From Bacteroidales bacterium (lineage in GTDB: Bacteria; Bacteroidota; Bacteroidia; Bacteroidales; UBA7960), in contig DATIKK010000031.1 in assembly GCA_035477635.1 (NCBI GenBank), positions 1 through 45,975 of the forward strand: DNA of 45,975 bases. Reading direction: 5' to 3'. Positions 36,160-45,664 of this stretch are shown piece after piece. The notes below the pieces were generated by a model. It made no database searches and was not told the origin of the DNA. It saw only the letters and a list, made by a program, of their open reading frames with translations. The position numbers and the translations under genes are program-made. Each line of letters begins with the position of its first letter. Position 1 is the stretch's first letter.

Positions 36160-37947
36160 ATGGAAGTAACCAGATTATTTGATATTCCGGCTCGATATGC
36201 CCAATTATGTCCGGGCAAAAAGGATGCATTAGCCGGTAGAGATGAAAGCGGATGGAAAACCTACACTACAGAGGAGTTTGTAAGTAATTGCGATTTTGTA
36301 AGTTTTGGGTTGATGAAATTGGGTGTTAAAAAGGGAGAAAAGGTTGCCTCAATTACATTCAACAGGCCGGAATGGAATTTTCTTGACATGGGCATTCAAC
36401 AGTTGGGAGCCATACACATTCCAATATACCCAACCATTAGCGACAATGATTATGACTATATCCTAAACCATGCCGAAGTAAGCTACGTCTTTGTGTCGGG
36501 CGAAGATCTCTACAAAAGAATAAAGCGGATAGTTGAAAAAATTCCTTCAATAAAAGCTGTTTATACTTTCAGGAAGATAGAAGGTGTGCCCATGTTCGAT
36601 GAGCTCATTGAGATGGGGAAAAGGTATCAAAAACCATCAGAACTGCTTGCCGTTAAAGACTCCATAAGGCCTGACGATTTGGTTACGATAATTTACACTT
36701 CGGGTACCACTGGTGTCCCAAAAGGTGTAATGCTATCGCATAACAATATTATAAGCAATTTGATCGCCGTACGTGAAATTCCGATGTACGGACCAGAGCA
36801 CCGGGCCCTGAGTTTCTTGCCGATTTGTCATATTTACGAACGAACGCTCAACTATACGTTCTTATATCTGGGGATAAGCATGTACTACCTTGGTAATATG
36901 GCCCTTATCGGCGATAGCCTGAAGGAGGTTAATCCGCATGTTTTTACAACCGTTCCTCGTCTGCTTGAAAAGGTTTATGATAAGATCATGGCCAAGGGGC
37001 GTGCTCTTAAAGGAGTAAAACGTGCTATATTTTTCTGGGCCAATGCAGTAGGGCTTTCTTACGAACACGGAAAATCAAGACGTAACCCGATTTATGGCTT
37101 CAAGCTATTTCTGGCAAGGAAGCTGGTTTTCAGTAAATGGCGGGAGGCATTTGGAAAAAACCTCGATATCGTTGTGTCGGGAGGAGCAGCTCTTCAGCCC
37201 AGGTTATCCCGAGTATTTTGGGCGGCAGGGCTACGAGTTCTTGAGGGATACGGTCTTACGGAAACTTCGCCTGTTATTGCAGTTGAAAATTTCGGACCTG
37301 GCGGACTCAAATTCGGAACTGTCGGCCCTCCGGTAAAAAATGTTGCGGTAAAAATTGCCGAGGATGGCGAGATTCTGGTAAAAGGGCCCAGTGTAATGCT
37401 TGGATATTTCCTTGACCCGGAGCTTACTGCCACGGTCATAGATAAGGATGGATGGTTCCATACGGGCGATATAGGCCGTTTCGAACCAGAAGGTCAGTTA
37501 AAAATTACCGACCGAAAGAAAATGATATTCAAAACATCATTTGGCAAATATATTTCGCCCCAGATTCTCGAAAACAAGTTTAAAGAGTCGCCATTCATTG
37601 ACCAGATAATGGTAGTGGGAGAAAACCAGAAATTTGCCGGAGCTCTTGTTGTGCCTGATTTTGCTCATCTAAAATCGTGGTGCAACGTAAAAGGGATAGA
37701 TTACTCAACAAATGCCGAAATGATAGCCAAACCTGAGATCCGAAAGCGAATAGAGCAAGAGATAACTACATGCAATAAATTTTTTGGGGACTGGGAACGA
37801 ATTCAAAAATTTGAACTGCTCGACCACGAATGGTCGGTCGAAGGAGGCCAACTAAGCGCCACACTCAAGGTGCGCCGGAGTTTTGTCTCGAAATCTTATG
37901 CCGAAAAGATAGATAAAATATTTGGGGTTACTGCCTTGAGCAATTAA
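36160..37947 (+). CDS. long-chain-fatty-acid--CoA ligase (AMP-dependent synthetase)
   Basis: 595 aa with the AMP-binding motif YTSGTTGVPKGVMLSH, plus GYGLTE and TGDIG..EPEGQLKITDRKK. Confidence 0.88.
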   Translation: MEVTRLFDIPARYAQLCPGKKDALAGRDESGWKTYTTEEFVSNCDFVSFGLMKLGVKKGEKVASITFNRPEWNFLDMGIQQLGAIHIPIYPTISDNDYDYILNHAEVSYVFVSGEDLYKRIKRIVEKIPSIKAVYTFRKIEGVPMFDELIEMGKRYQKPSELLAVKDSIRPDDLVTIIYTSGTTGVPKGVMLSHNNIISNLIAVREIPMYGPEHRALSFLPICHIYERTLNYTFLYLGISMYYLGNMALIGDSLKEVNPHVFTTVPRLLEKVYDKIMAKGRALKGVKRAIFFWANAVGLSYEHGKSRRNPIYGFKLFLARKLVFSKWREAFGKNLDIVVSGGAALQPRLSRVFWAAGLRVLEGYGLTETSPVIAVENFGPGGLKFGTVGPPVKNVAVKIAEDGEILVKGPSVMLGYFLDPELTATVIDKDGWFHTGDIGRFEPEGQLKITDRKKMIFKTSFGKYISPQILENKFKESPFIDQIMVVGENQKFAGALVVPDFAHLKSWCNVKGIDYSTNAEMIAKPEIRKRIEQEITTCNKFFGDWERIQKFELLDHEWSVEGGQLSATLKVRRSFVSKSYAEKIDKIFGVTALSN

Positions 37948-38075
37948 ACTGCCAACTTACAAATAAGATAAATTCTCTGACTTCCTGCTGGCCTGATTAT
38001 GTAATTTCTGTGCTCTTTGGTTCTGTTAAAGCTGTTGATAGGCTATTCTTTTAGCAGCATGCCAGGATTCTATCC

Positions 38076-40226
38076 TCATGTGGTATTTTGATCTGCCTCC
38101 TTAATTGAGAGGTTAATCCTTTTGCGATGAACGTCGATTTGCTGCACCTTGACCACTACCTTTTGGTTAAGTTTAACAACTTCGGCCGGGTCACTAACAA
38201 AAGAATTGGCCAACTGGCTTATATGAACAAGGCCATCCTGGTGTACTCCTACATCAACAAAAACCCCAAAAGCAGTTATGTTGGTTACAATGCCAGGCAG
38301 AATCATTCCTTCACGAAGGTCTTCAATACTATTGACGGATTGGTCGAATTCAAAAACATCGAATTTTTGACGCGGGTCCCGGCCAGGTTTGGCCAATTCC
38401 TGCAAAATGTCTTTAAGGGTAGGCAGACCGATTTTATCATCAATATAATTTTCCAGCTTTATTTGCTTTTGCAATGATGCATCTTTCATCAGGGTAACCA
38501 AATCTTTTCCAAGGTCATACGCCATTTTTTGTACCAGATTGTAATTTTCGGGGTGAACAGCGCTCTTGTCGAGTGGGTTTTCAGATTGGTTAACGCGAAT
38601 AAATCCGGCAGCCTGTTCGAAAACCTTTTCTCCGAAGCGCGGCACTTTTCGCAAGGCCTTACGCGACATGAAAGGCCCGTTTTCGCCCCGGAATTTAACA
38701 ATGGCAGAAGCAAGTGAAGGACCAACACCCGAAACATACGAAAGCAATTCCTTACTGGCAGTGTTAATTTCGACTCCCACAGCGTTTACAGCGCTCTCGA
38801 CCACATCGTCGAGGCTTTGTTTCAGAAGTTTCTGGTCAACGTCGTGTTGGTACTGGCCCACCCCGATGCTTTTTGGGTCTATTTTAACAAGTTCGGCCAG
38901 TGGATCGGCCAGCCGTCGTCCTATGCTCACCGCCCCCCTTACTGTAACATCGTAATCGGGAAATTCTTCGCGGGCAACTGCCGAGGCTGAGTAAACCGAG
39001 GCACCGCTTTCGTTCACCATTACGGCTAAAACAGGAGTGTTGAACCGTATTTGCCTGATGAACTGCTCGGTCTCCCTTCCGGCAGTTCCGTTGCCAACAG
39101 CAATGGCCTCTATCTTATAGGCATTGACCAGATTCACAATCTTGGCTGAAGCTTCGCGACGCTGGTTTTGGGGAGGATGTGGAAAAATTGTTTCGTTATG
39201 CACCAAATTGCCTTCTCTATCTAGGCACACAACCTTGCAACCTGTCCTGAAACCCGGATCAATTGCCAAAACCCTTTTTTGGCCAAGCGGAGGAGCCAGC
39301 AGCAATTGTCTGAGGTTTTCGGCAAAAACCCTTATGGCTTCACGGTCGGCATTCTCTTTCAATAAATTGCGTATTTCTGTTTCCATCGAAGGTCCGAGCA
39401 ACCTTTTGTAAGAATCTTCCACAGCCAACGCTACCTGCTGACTGGCCAATGAATTTCCTTTAACAAACTGACGGTAAAGAATTTCCAGAGCCGTTTCCTT
39501 TTCCGGTTCAATGTCAAGTTTCAGATAACCTTCGGTTTCGCCACGAAACATGGCTAAGATTCTATGCGATGGAGCTTTGCTGATCTTTTCAGCCCATTCA
39601 AAATAGGTCTCATATTTATGTCCTTCGGCTTCCTTGCCCTTGGCAACATTGCTGGAAATTGTCGCTTCTTTTTCGAACAGTCGTCGCAAGCGGCCCCTGG
39701 CAGCAGAGTCTTCGTTTACCCATTCGGCAATTATATCGCGGGCTCCGGCAAGTGCCTCTTCAATTGTTTCAACCCCTTTCTCCTTGTCAACAAATTCAAT
39801 GGCAACCTTTTCCGGATTGAGAGAAGGTTGGGCAAATATTCGTTGCGCCAAAGGCTCCAGCCCCTTCGAAATGGCTATTGTAGCCCGGGTTTTTCGTTTT
39901 GGTCTGAAGGGAAGGTATAAATCTTCAAGCTCGGCCATTTTTCTGGCATTGATTATTGATAGTTCAAGCTCTGGCGATAGTTTGCCCTGCTCACGGATCG
40001 ACTCAAGAATTGAAGCCCGCCTTTTGTCAAGTTCTTCAAGCTGAGCTTTCCGGTCGCGTATAAGGCTGATCTGTTGTTCGTTGAGCGATCCGGTCAGCTC
40101 TTTACGGTACCTCGCAATAAATGGCACGGTAGCCCCCCGTTGCAGCAACTCAGATGTACGGCTTACCTGAAGTGAATCAAGATGCAGCTCGGACGCAATC
40201 TGTGTGATGTGTTGGTGGTAATTCAT
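38076..40226 (-). CDS. tex: Tex-family transcription accessory protein (S1 RNA-binding domain protein)
   Basis: 716 aa with N-terminal ATVPFIARYRKE, a YqgF/RuvC-like centre (LAIDPGFRTGCKV), HhH motifs and a C-terminal S1 domain (GIVTNITAFGVFVDVG..DGLVHIS). Confidence 0.93.
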   Translation of the reverse strand: MNYHQHITQIASELHLDSLQVSRTSELLQRGATVPFIARYRKELTGSLNEQQISLIRDRKAQLEELDKRRASILESIREQGKLSPELELSIINARKMAELEDLYLPFRPKRKTRATIAISKGLEPLAQRIFAQPSLNPEKVAIEFVDKEKGVETIEEALAGARDIIAEWVNEDSAARGRLRRLFEKEATISSNVAKGKEAEGHKYETYFEWAEKISKAPSHRILAMFRGETEGYLKLDIEPEKETALEILYRQFVKGNSLASQQVALAVEDSYKRLLGPSMETEIRNLLKENADREAIRVFAENLRQLLLAPPLGQKRVLAIDPGFRTGCKVVCLDREGNLVHNETIFPHPPQNQRREASAKIVNLVNAYKIEAIAVGNGTAGRETEQFIRQIRFNTPVLAVMVNESGASVYSASAVAREEFPDYDVTVRGAVSIGRRLADPLAELVKIDPKSIGVGQYQHDVDQKLLKQSLDDVVESAVNAVGVEINTASKELLSYVSGVGPSLASAIVKFRGENGPFMSRKALRKVPRFGEKVFEQAAGFIRVNQSENPLDKSAVHPENYNLVQKMAYDLGKDLVTLMKDASLQKQIKLENYIDDKIGLPTLKDILQELAKPGRDPRQKFDVFEFDQSVNSIEDLREGMILPGIVTNITAFGVFVDVGVHQDGLVHISQLANSFVSDPAEVVKLNQKVVVKVQQIDVHRKRINLSIKEADQNTT

Positions 40227-40302
40227 TTTTCTAAACTAATGGGATTTTGACACAATAATGTATTTTCTGACACTTTCAATATGATGTCTGTTGCGAGGAC
40301 CG

Positions 40303-40310
40303 CAAAGATA
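40303..40310 (-). promoter_or_regulatory. candidate -7 promoter box (TATCTTTG) for tex
   Basis: Matches TAnnTTTG on the minus strand, 76 nt upstream of the tex ATG and just downstream of the rnhB stop. Confidence 0.4.
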
Positions 40311-40325
40311 ACAAAACAGCACCGG

Positions 40326-40943
40326 CTATAAAGTCAGCATAAGTTGTCCTGAAGCCTTAAACGATTTGCGGTGGTGTTTGCAGGGGCCATGAAATTGTAA
40401 TGTCTGCAGGTGGGCAGCCGTTGGATATCCTTTGTTGCTACTCCACCCATATACTGGAAATTCGCTGTGAAGATTGGTCAAATAATCATCGCGCCATGTT
40501 TTAGCGAGTATTGATGCAGCGGCAACTGAGTGGTATTTCTTGTCTCCTTTTACGATGCACTGGTGTGGTATATTGCCAAAGTTTCTGAACCGGTTTCCGT
40601 CAACAAGAATAAATTGCGGTGCAACGGGTAGCCTTTCCAGAGCAATGTGCATAGCCTTAATGCTTGCGTTAAGGATATTAATTCTGTCAATTTCTGCTGG
40701 CTCAACCATAGCAACGGCAAAAGACACAGCTTGTTTTTCAATGATTATCCGGAGTTCATTTCGCTTCGAAGGTGAAAGGCTTTTTGAATCATAAAGTTGG
40801 GATTCAAGGTATTGGTCTGGTTTAATCGGAAGTATCACTGCGGCTGCAAAGACAGGTCCTGAAAGGCATCCCCTGCCTGCTTCATCGCAGCCAGCTTCAT
40901 GGTGCAAGCCACTAAAATTCCATTTCAGAGGTTGTCGGTTCAT
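40326..40943 (-). CDS. rnhB: ribonuclease HII
   Basis: 205 aa with the GCDEAGRGCLSGPV catalytic motif. Its ATG overlaps the upstream glycosyltransferase stop (ATGA). Confidence 0.92.
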   Translation of the reverse strand: MNRQPLKWNFSGLHHEAGCDEAGRGCLSGPVFAAAVILPIKPDQYLESQLYDSKSLSPSKRNELRIIIEKQAVSFAVAMVEPAEIDRINILNASIKAMHIALERLPVAPQFILVDGNRFRNFGNIPHQCIVKGDKKYHSVAAASILAKTWRDDYLTNLHSEFPVYGWSSNKGYPTAAHLQTLQFHGPCKHHRKSFKASGQLMLTL

Positions 40944-42028
40944 GGAGGAAAAAGGCTGTTGAATAATTGCAAATAACGGTCCTTCTGCGAATTGAACGAA
41001 TAGCGTTCTACCACCGTTCTACGTCCAGCTTTCCCCAAGCGGCTGCGCAAATCAGGCGATTCTATAAGCGCTGATAGCTTTTCGACCCATTCCTTATGAT
41101 CCTTTGCCAAAAACCCATTTACCCCGTCGGCGATTATCTCGGTATTTACTCCAACGGGCGACATTATTGCCGGAATCTCGAGCGCCAAGTATTGTAACCC
41201 TTTGAAACCACATTTTCCACGAGTCCATTCATCATCGGGTAAAGGCATTATGCCGATATCAATAGGACGCAAGTCACTCACTTCGGTTTCAGCATTCCAG
41301 CTTATATTTTCAAGGCCTTCGAGGTCAGCTAAAAGGGGCTTGTTTGAAATAACTCTGAAGCAAACCCGTCGGCTATATTTTTGTTGCAATTCCCTTAGAA
41401 TAGGAAGAGCCATCTGAAGGTGTTTCAGGGTGGTTGATGATCCCGTCCATCCAATGCAGATTTTTTGCCCAACTTGTTTCTGAACGGGAACGTGCCTCTC
41501 GGTATCTATGGTTGTTGGTACAACGTGCACATTGCTGTTATACTTTAAAGCCCATTGAGCAAGAAATCTGTTGCCAACCAGAACCATATCACACAGTCCC
41601 ACTATTTCGGCAGTTTTCATCGGCCTCTTGAGCCAGGAAAAATGGCGGTTTCCGTCGGAAGTATCGTTTATCCAAATGCTGTCGTCAAAGTCGAGGATCA
41701 TTTTAAGTCCCTTGCGCCTAAGAAGACGCTCAAACCAGGTTATTCCAAGCATATGAACCTCGCGGTAAATGAAAACCAGATCATAATTGCCCGCCCTTTT
41801 TAGGTCTTTTAATCTGCGGGCAAAACTTTTAAACAGGATAAGAGTCTTGGCAATGTATTTTTGAGGCGCATAAAAGTTGAAGTCGTCCTTTTCGTTGATC
41901 AGATAAGAAATATCACACTGAAAACCGTTGCTCCGCAGAAGATTTAGATATTGCTCGAAGCGGAACCGTTGCCCGGGTGAACGACCAGGCCTGTGGGGAA
42001 CCAAAAACAAAGCTTTTTTTATGCCCAT
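40940..42028 (-). CDS. glycosyltransferase, GT-B fold (GT4-like)
   Basis: 362 aa. The C-terminal half has the GT1/GT4 pattern (GWTGS..T, P....E....K...YLA...P.......G...E.I.DG.NGFL). Acceptor and donor unknown. Confidence 0.75.
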   Translation of the reverse strand: MGIKKALFLVPHRPGRSPGQRFRFEQYLNLLRSNGFQCDISYLINEKDDFNFYAPQKYIAKTLILFKSFARRLKDLKRAGNYDLVFIYREVHMLGITWFERLLRRKGLKMILDFDDSIWINDTSDGNRHFSWLKRPMKTAEIVGLCDMVLVGNRFLAQWALKYNSNVHVVPTTIDTERHVPVQKQVGQKICIGWTGSSTTLKHLQMALPILRELQQKYSRRVCFRVISNKPLLADLEGLENISWNAETEVSDLRPIDIGIMPLPDDEWTRGKCGFKGLQYLALEIPAIMSPVGVNTEIIADGVNGFLAKDHKEWVEKLSALIESPDLRSRLGKAGRRTVVERYSFNSQKDRYLQLFNSLFPP

Positions 42029-42056
42029 TGATCAAAGGACTATTCCAGAGTTCAGA

Positions 42057-42758
42057 TTAAATGCACGCTTTTGTCATGGATTCAACAACTGCATCAAAAA
42101 TAGCGCGGCCGTCGGTGTTGCCGAGGTGGAGGTCGGCTGCCCTCTCCGGATGGGGCATCATTCCAAATACATTACGTCTTTCGTTGCATATGCCTGCAAT
42201 ATTTTGCAATGAACCATTCGGGTTGGCTGAATCAACCGGCTGCCCAGATTCGTTGCAGTATCTGAAAAGTATCTGATCGTTTTGATAGAGTTGGTCGAGA
42301 ACAGCATCGGATGCATAATACCTTCCTTCACCGTGGGCGATTGGAATTTTCAACACCTGTCCTAAATTTAACTTTGAAGTGATAATGGAATTTGATGTTT
42401 CAGTTCTGATAAAAGTATTCCGGCAAATAAAACGGTGGTTAATATTAGGCAACAATGCACCGGGCAGCAACCGGGCTTCGCACAGAATCTGGAATCCATT
42501 GCAAATACCCATTACATACCCTCCATTGTTTGCGAAGTCAATGACTTTCTCCATAATTGGTGAAAACCTTGCAATAGCCCCTGACCTTAGGTAATCTCCA
42601 TAAGAAAACCCTCCGGGCAAAATTATATAATCACAATCCTGCAGGCTGCTTTCCTTGTGCCATAGCGAAACTACTTCCTGGTTTAGCAACTTTTTTATCA
42701 CATAAATCACATCGTGATCACAATTGGAACCCGGAAAAACCACTACTCCAAATTTCAT
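42057..42758 (-). CDS. purQ: phosphoribosylformylglycinamidine synthase, glutaminase subunit PurQ
   Basis: 233 aa with [31 protein letters not shown] (catalytic Cys) and MPHPER. Confidence 0.93.
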   Translation of the reverse strand: MKFGVVVFPGSNCDHDVIYVIKKLLNQEVVSLWHKESSLQDCDYIILPGGFSYGDYLRSGAIARFSPIMEKVIDFANNGGYVMGICNGFQILCEARLLPGALLPNINHRFICRNTFIRTETSNSIITSKLNLGQVLKIPIAHGEGRYYASDAVLDQLYQNDQILFRYCNESGQPVDSANPNGSLQNIAGICNERRNVFGMMPHPERAADLHLGNTDGRAIFDAVVESMTKACI

Positions 42759-42819
42759 CCGTAGTCAATTTTCGTTTTGAATTATATCTAACCTGGTAAT
42801 TCGCGTCATTTTGATGTAA

Positions 42820-42827
42820 CAAAGGTA
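42820..42827 (-). promoter_or_regulatory. candidate -7 promoter box (TACCTTTG) for purQ
   Basis: Matches TAnnTTTG on the minus strand, 61 nt upstream of the purQ ATG. Confidence 0.4.
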
Positions 42828-42892
42828 AAAAACGGCTTCTTATTAAAAAAAGTAAGGGCTCCAACCGTCTTTATTCTCATAAAACACGCATT

Positions 42893-43888
42893 TTAAATCC
42901 CTGTCAAACCAAACTTCCCAAGTATAATTGAGGCAAGCAGGGCATAAAACAATAACTCAGCAAGCCACTTTTTTTTCATTTCCAGGAAAAAAACTGATAG
43001 GATTACACTCAGGGGAATCATCAAAAAAGCATGATGAACATCGAAGTAATCCCTTGAGAGAAGGAATGACAGTAGTGAGAAAATAAAAAAATAGAGCAGT
43101 ATGCCAAACCTTTTTCTAATCCGTACAGGCTTGTCAGACAGGTAAACAACCCTTAGCCTTATTATGCTCAGTATTGTGAGAAGGCCGAGCAGTATAATGA
43201 ACATCCTGGTGTATGGAAAGAGGGGTCCCTCAAAAATCAAAAAGAGGTCGAAATGTCCAAATATGGTACCAACCTCATAGGCGAGCCTATCGGTTAGAAA
43301 CCAAAATGTTCCAAGAAAGAAAATTGGTGCAAGAAAACCCATAACAGAAGCAACAACAGATCTGAATGATGCCAAAAGATACTGTCCAACTACAATCAAC
43401 AACCATGCAAGAAATAGCAAAGCGGGGTAGTAGAATAAACCAGCAATCGACACTAACGCACCCAGGTTGAACAAATCAATTACATGTTCCTTCTGATCGA
43501 GAATAACCATCAATCGGGATAATGCCAAAATAAGAAAAAGATTTGCCGGAATAACTGGGTGAAAACTAAGCAAAGCCGGGTCGCTACTCATCAAAACTAA
43601 ATAGAAGAATCCGGGCAGCCAGGTTTGTTTTCCTGTAAGGTTGTTGGTTTGACAAATTCCGTTTACAAGTAACGCCTGTAAAAAAACCATTCCGAACCCA
43701 AAAATAACCTGGAGGATGGGGATGGTGTCCAAACCATTAACCAAAAGCAAATATAGGGGTGCATCTGACTCCCTGCCAATGGTCAAGCTCTGATATGCAA
43801 AGAATCTATCGACCCACATCAGTATGCCTAGTGGAACCAGCAAAAATGCAAGCCAATGAAAACCTTTTTTAAATGTGCGAATCAGCAT
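42893..43888 (-). CDS. uncharacterised polytopic inner-membrane protein (~8-9 TM segments)
   Basis: 331 aa, almost entirely hydrophobic helices (L/F/I-rich) with short loops. It starts 21 nt downstream of purD on the same strand. No catalytic motif recognised. Confidence 0.7.
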   Translation of the reverse strand: MLIRTFKKGFHWLAFLLVPLGILMWVDRFFAYQSLTIGRESDAPLYLLLVNGLDTIPILQVIFGFGMVFLQALLVNGICQTNNLTGKQTWLPGFFYLVLMSSDPALLSFHPVIPANLFLILALSRLMVILDQKEHVIDLFNLGALVSIAGLFYYPALLFLAWLLIVVGQYLLASFRSVVASVMGFLAPIFFLGTFWFLTDRLAYEVGTIFGHFDLFLIFEGPLFPYTRMFIILLGLLTILSIIRLRVVYLSDKPVRIRKRFGILLYFFIFSLLSFLLSRDYFDVHHAFLMIPLSVILSVFFLEMKKKWLAELLFYALLASIILGKFGLTGI

Positions 43889-43909
43889 TTAGGAGGTTTG
43901 TAAAAAAAA

Positions 43910-45193
43910 TTAAAGGTATTTTAAAAGGTCCCTGCCAATGTCGCACCTAAAATACATGCTATCAAAATTAATCAGGCTGGCACTTTGATAAGATTTTTCG
44001 AGCGCGTCGGGAAGGGTTGCAGCCAGACTAGTAACAGCGAGCACCCTCCCGCCGTTCGTCACAGGAAGATCGGCTTCGCCTGTTAGGCCGGCATAAAACA
44101 CATGGCTGTTTTTTATTTGATTTATTCCTTTTACAACCTTTCCTTTGGGATATTCGCCCGGGTAGCCTCCAGAAGCCAAGATTATGGTTGCTGCATAATC
44201 TGATGAAACTTCGATGGTATGTTTTTCGAGGGAGCCTTTTGCAGCCGACACAAGTATAGCTGTAAAATCCGATTCGATGCGCGGAAGTATTGCTTCAGCT
44301 TCAGGATCGCCAAGTCGAACGTTATATTCGATTACAAATGGGTTGCCATCAACATTCATTAAACCAAAAAAAATAAACCCGCAATAAGGTATATTTTCAG
44401 TTTGAAGGCCTTTAATGGTAGGCAACACAATCCGGGTTTCCACTTTTTCCAAAAAATCTGCGTCAGCAAATGTAACAGGCGATACAGCACCCATGCCCCC
44501 TGTGTTTGGGCCAGTGTCATTCTCGCCTATCCGCTTATAATCTTTTGCTGCCGGAAGCATCAGGTAATGGCTACCATCGGTAATGGCGAACACCGAAAGT
44601 TCAATTCCATTTAAAAATTCCTCCACAACAACCGTACTCGAAGCTTTTCCAAACTTTTTGTTTAGCAACATTTCTTCAAGAACAAGATTTGCTTCATTCA
44701 GATTCTGGCAGATTGAAACACCTTTTCCGGCTGCAAGTCCATCGGCTTTAATTACATAAGGTGGTTTTAGAGAAGAAATAAAAGCTTTTGCCTCAAGGAT
44801 ATCGGACTCCCCAAACGACTTGTAGGCAGATGTCGGAATGCCATGCCTTTTCATAAAATCTTTTGCAAACGCCTTGCTGCCTTCAAGCCGGGCTGCAGAC
44901 TTTCCGGGGCCAATTAACATAACATGCTTAAGATCCTCCCTTGCGCTAAAATAGTCGGCAATTCCCAATACAAGGGGCTCTTCGGGCCCCACTACTATTA
45001 AATCAATTTTCTTTTCCAGTACTAATTGCCCAATAGATTGAAAGTCGTTGGGGTGAACATCACAATTACTGCCAATCAACGAGGTGCCAGGATTTCCCGG
45101 GGCAACATAAAGCTCCGAGCACAAAGGGCTTTGATTAATTATCCATGCCAAAGCATGCTCACGGCCTCCCGAGCCAAGTATCATTATCCGCAT
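43910..45193 (-). CDS. purD: phosphoribosylamine--glycine ligase
   Basis: The ATG at 45193 gives MRIMILGSGGREHALAW, the typical PurD start. It has an ATP-grasp core (VIKADGLAAGKGV, EEFL.G.E.S). The ORF-track start at 45214 is TTG. Confidence 0.93.
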   Translation of the reverse strand: MRIMILGSGGREHALAWIINQSPLCSELYVAPGNPGTSLIGSNCDVHPNDFQSIGQLVLEKKIDLIVVGPEEPLVLGIADYFSAREDLKHVMLIGPGKSAARLEGSKAFAKDFMKRHGIPTSAYKSFGESDILEAKAFISSLKPPYVIKADGLAAGKGVSICQNLNEANLVLEEMLLNKKFGKASSTVVVEEFLNGIELSVFAITDGSHYLMLPAAKDYKRIGENDTGPNTGGMGAVSPVTFADADFLEKVETRIVLPTIKGLQTENIPYCGFIFFGLMNVDGNPFVIEYNVRLGDPEAEAILPRIESDFTAILVSAAKGSLEKHTIEVSSDYAATIILASGGYPGEYPKGKVVKGINQIKNSHVFYAGLTGEADLPVTNGGRVLAVTSLAATLPDALEKSYQSASLINFDSMYFRCDIGRDLLKYL

Positions 45194-45366
45194 TCCCGAA
45201 TTAGATGTATTCAATCTTGTTTAGTTTTAAAACTTTGAACATTTTTTACATAAAAAAGACAGCAGTAACTCTTTTGTATTTGACTTTGATTTAAAAACAG
45301 CTTTTCGACCGGTATCAAGCATTTCATGCCATTTAGAATTGGAGTAACCTTAAGGGTATCCACCTG

Positions 45367-45374
45367 CAAAGATA
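45367..45374 (-). promoter_or_regulatory. candidate -7 promoter box (TATCTTTG) for the purD operon
   Basis: Matches TAnnTTTG on the minus strand. It would imply a ~165-nt leader before purD. Confidence 0.3.
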
Positions 45375-45664
45375 TGTGCAAATGTTTTGCGTGTGATGGT
45401 ATTTTCTACTGACGAAAGCCTAACTAAAAAAATCAAAACAAAATCTCGACCAAACAACTCCAAAACTACCGGTAGAAAACCATTGGTAGTAAACCCCTGA
45501 TTTAAGATTTTTGAAAATACACAAATCGCTGAGTAATTAGCTGTTTTGTAAGAATACTTTTATGTTTCAGGGATTATTGCGTCCATTACAGAAATCATTC
45601 ACCATCTTTCCTGATACAGCAGGGGTTGTGGCGGAATTCTGGCGGACAAAATTTTAAAAAAAAT

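Noticed and set aside
45194-45374. ZTP (pfl) or purine riboswitch in the possible purD leader
   Set aside because: I looked for the CCGCCTGGGC-type 3' element and GGGTCGTGAC-type 5' element of ZTP, and for the purine-riboswitch junction. Neither was found on either strand. Only a cmscan could exclude diverged versions.
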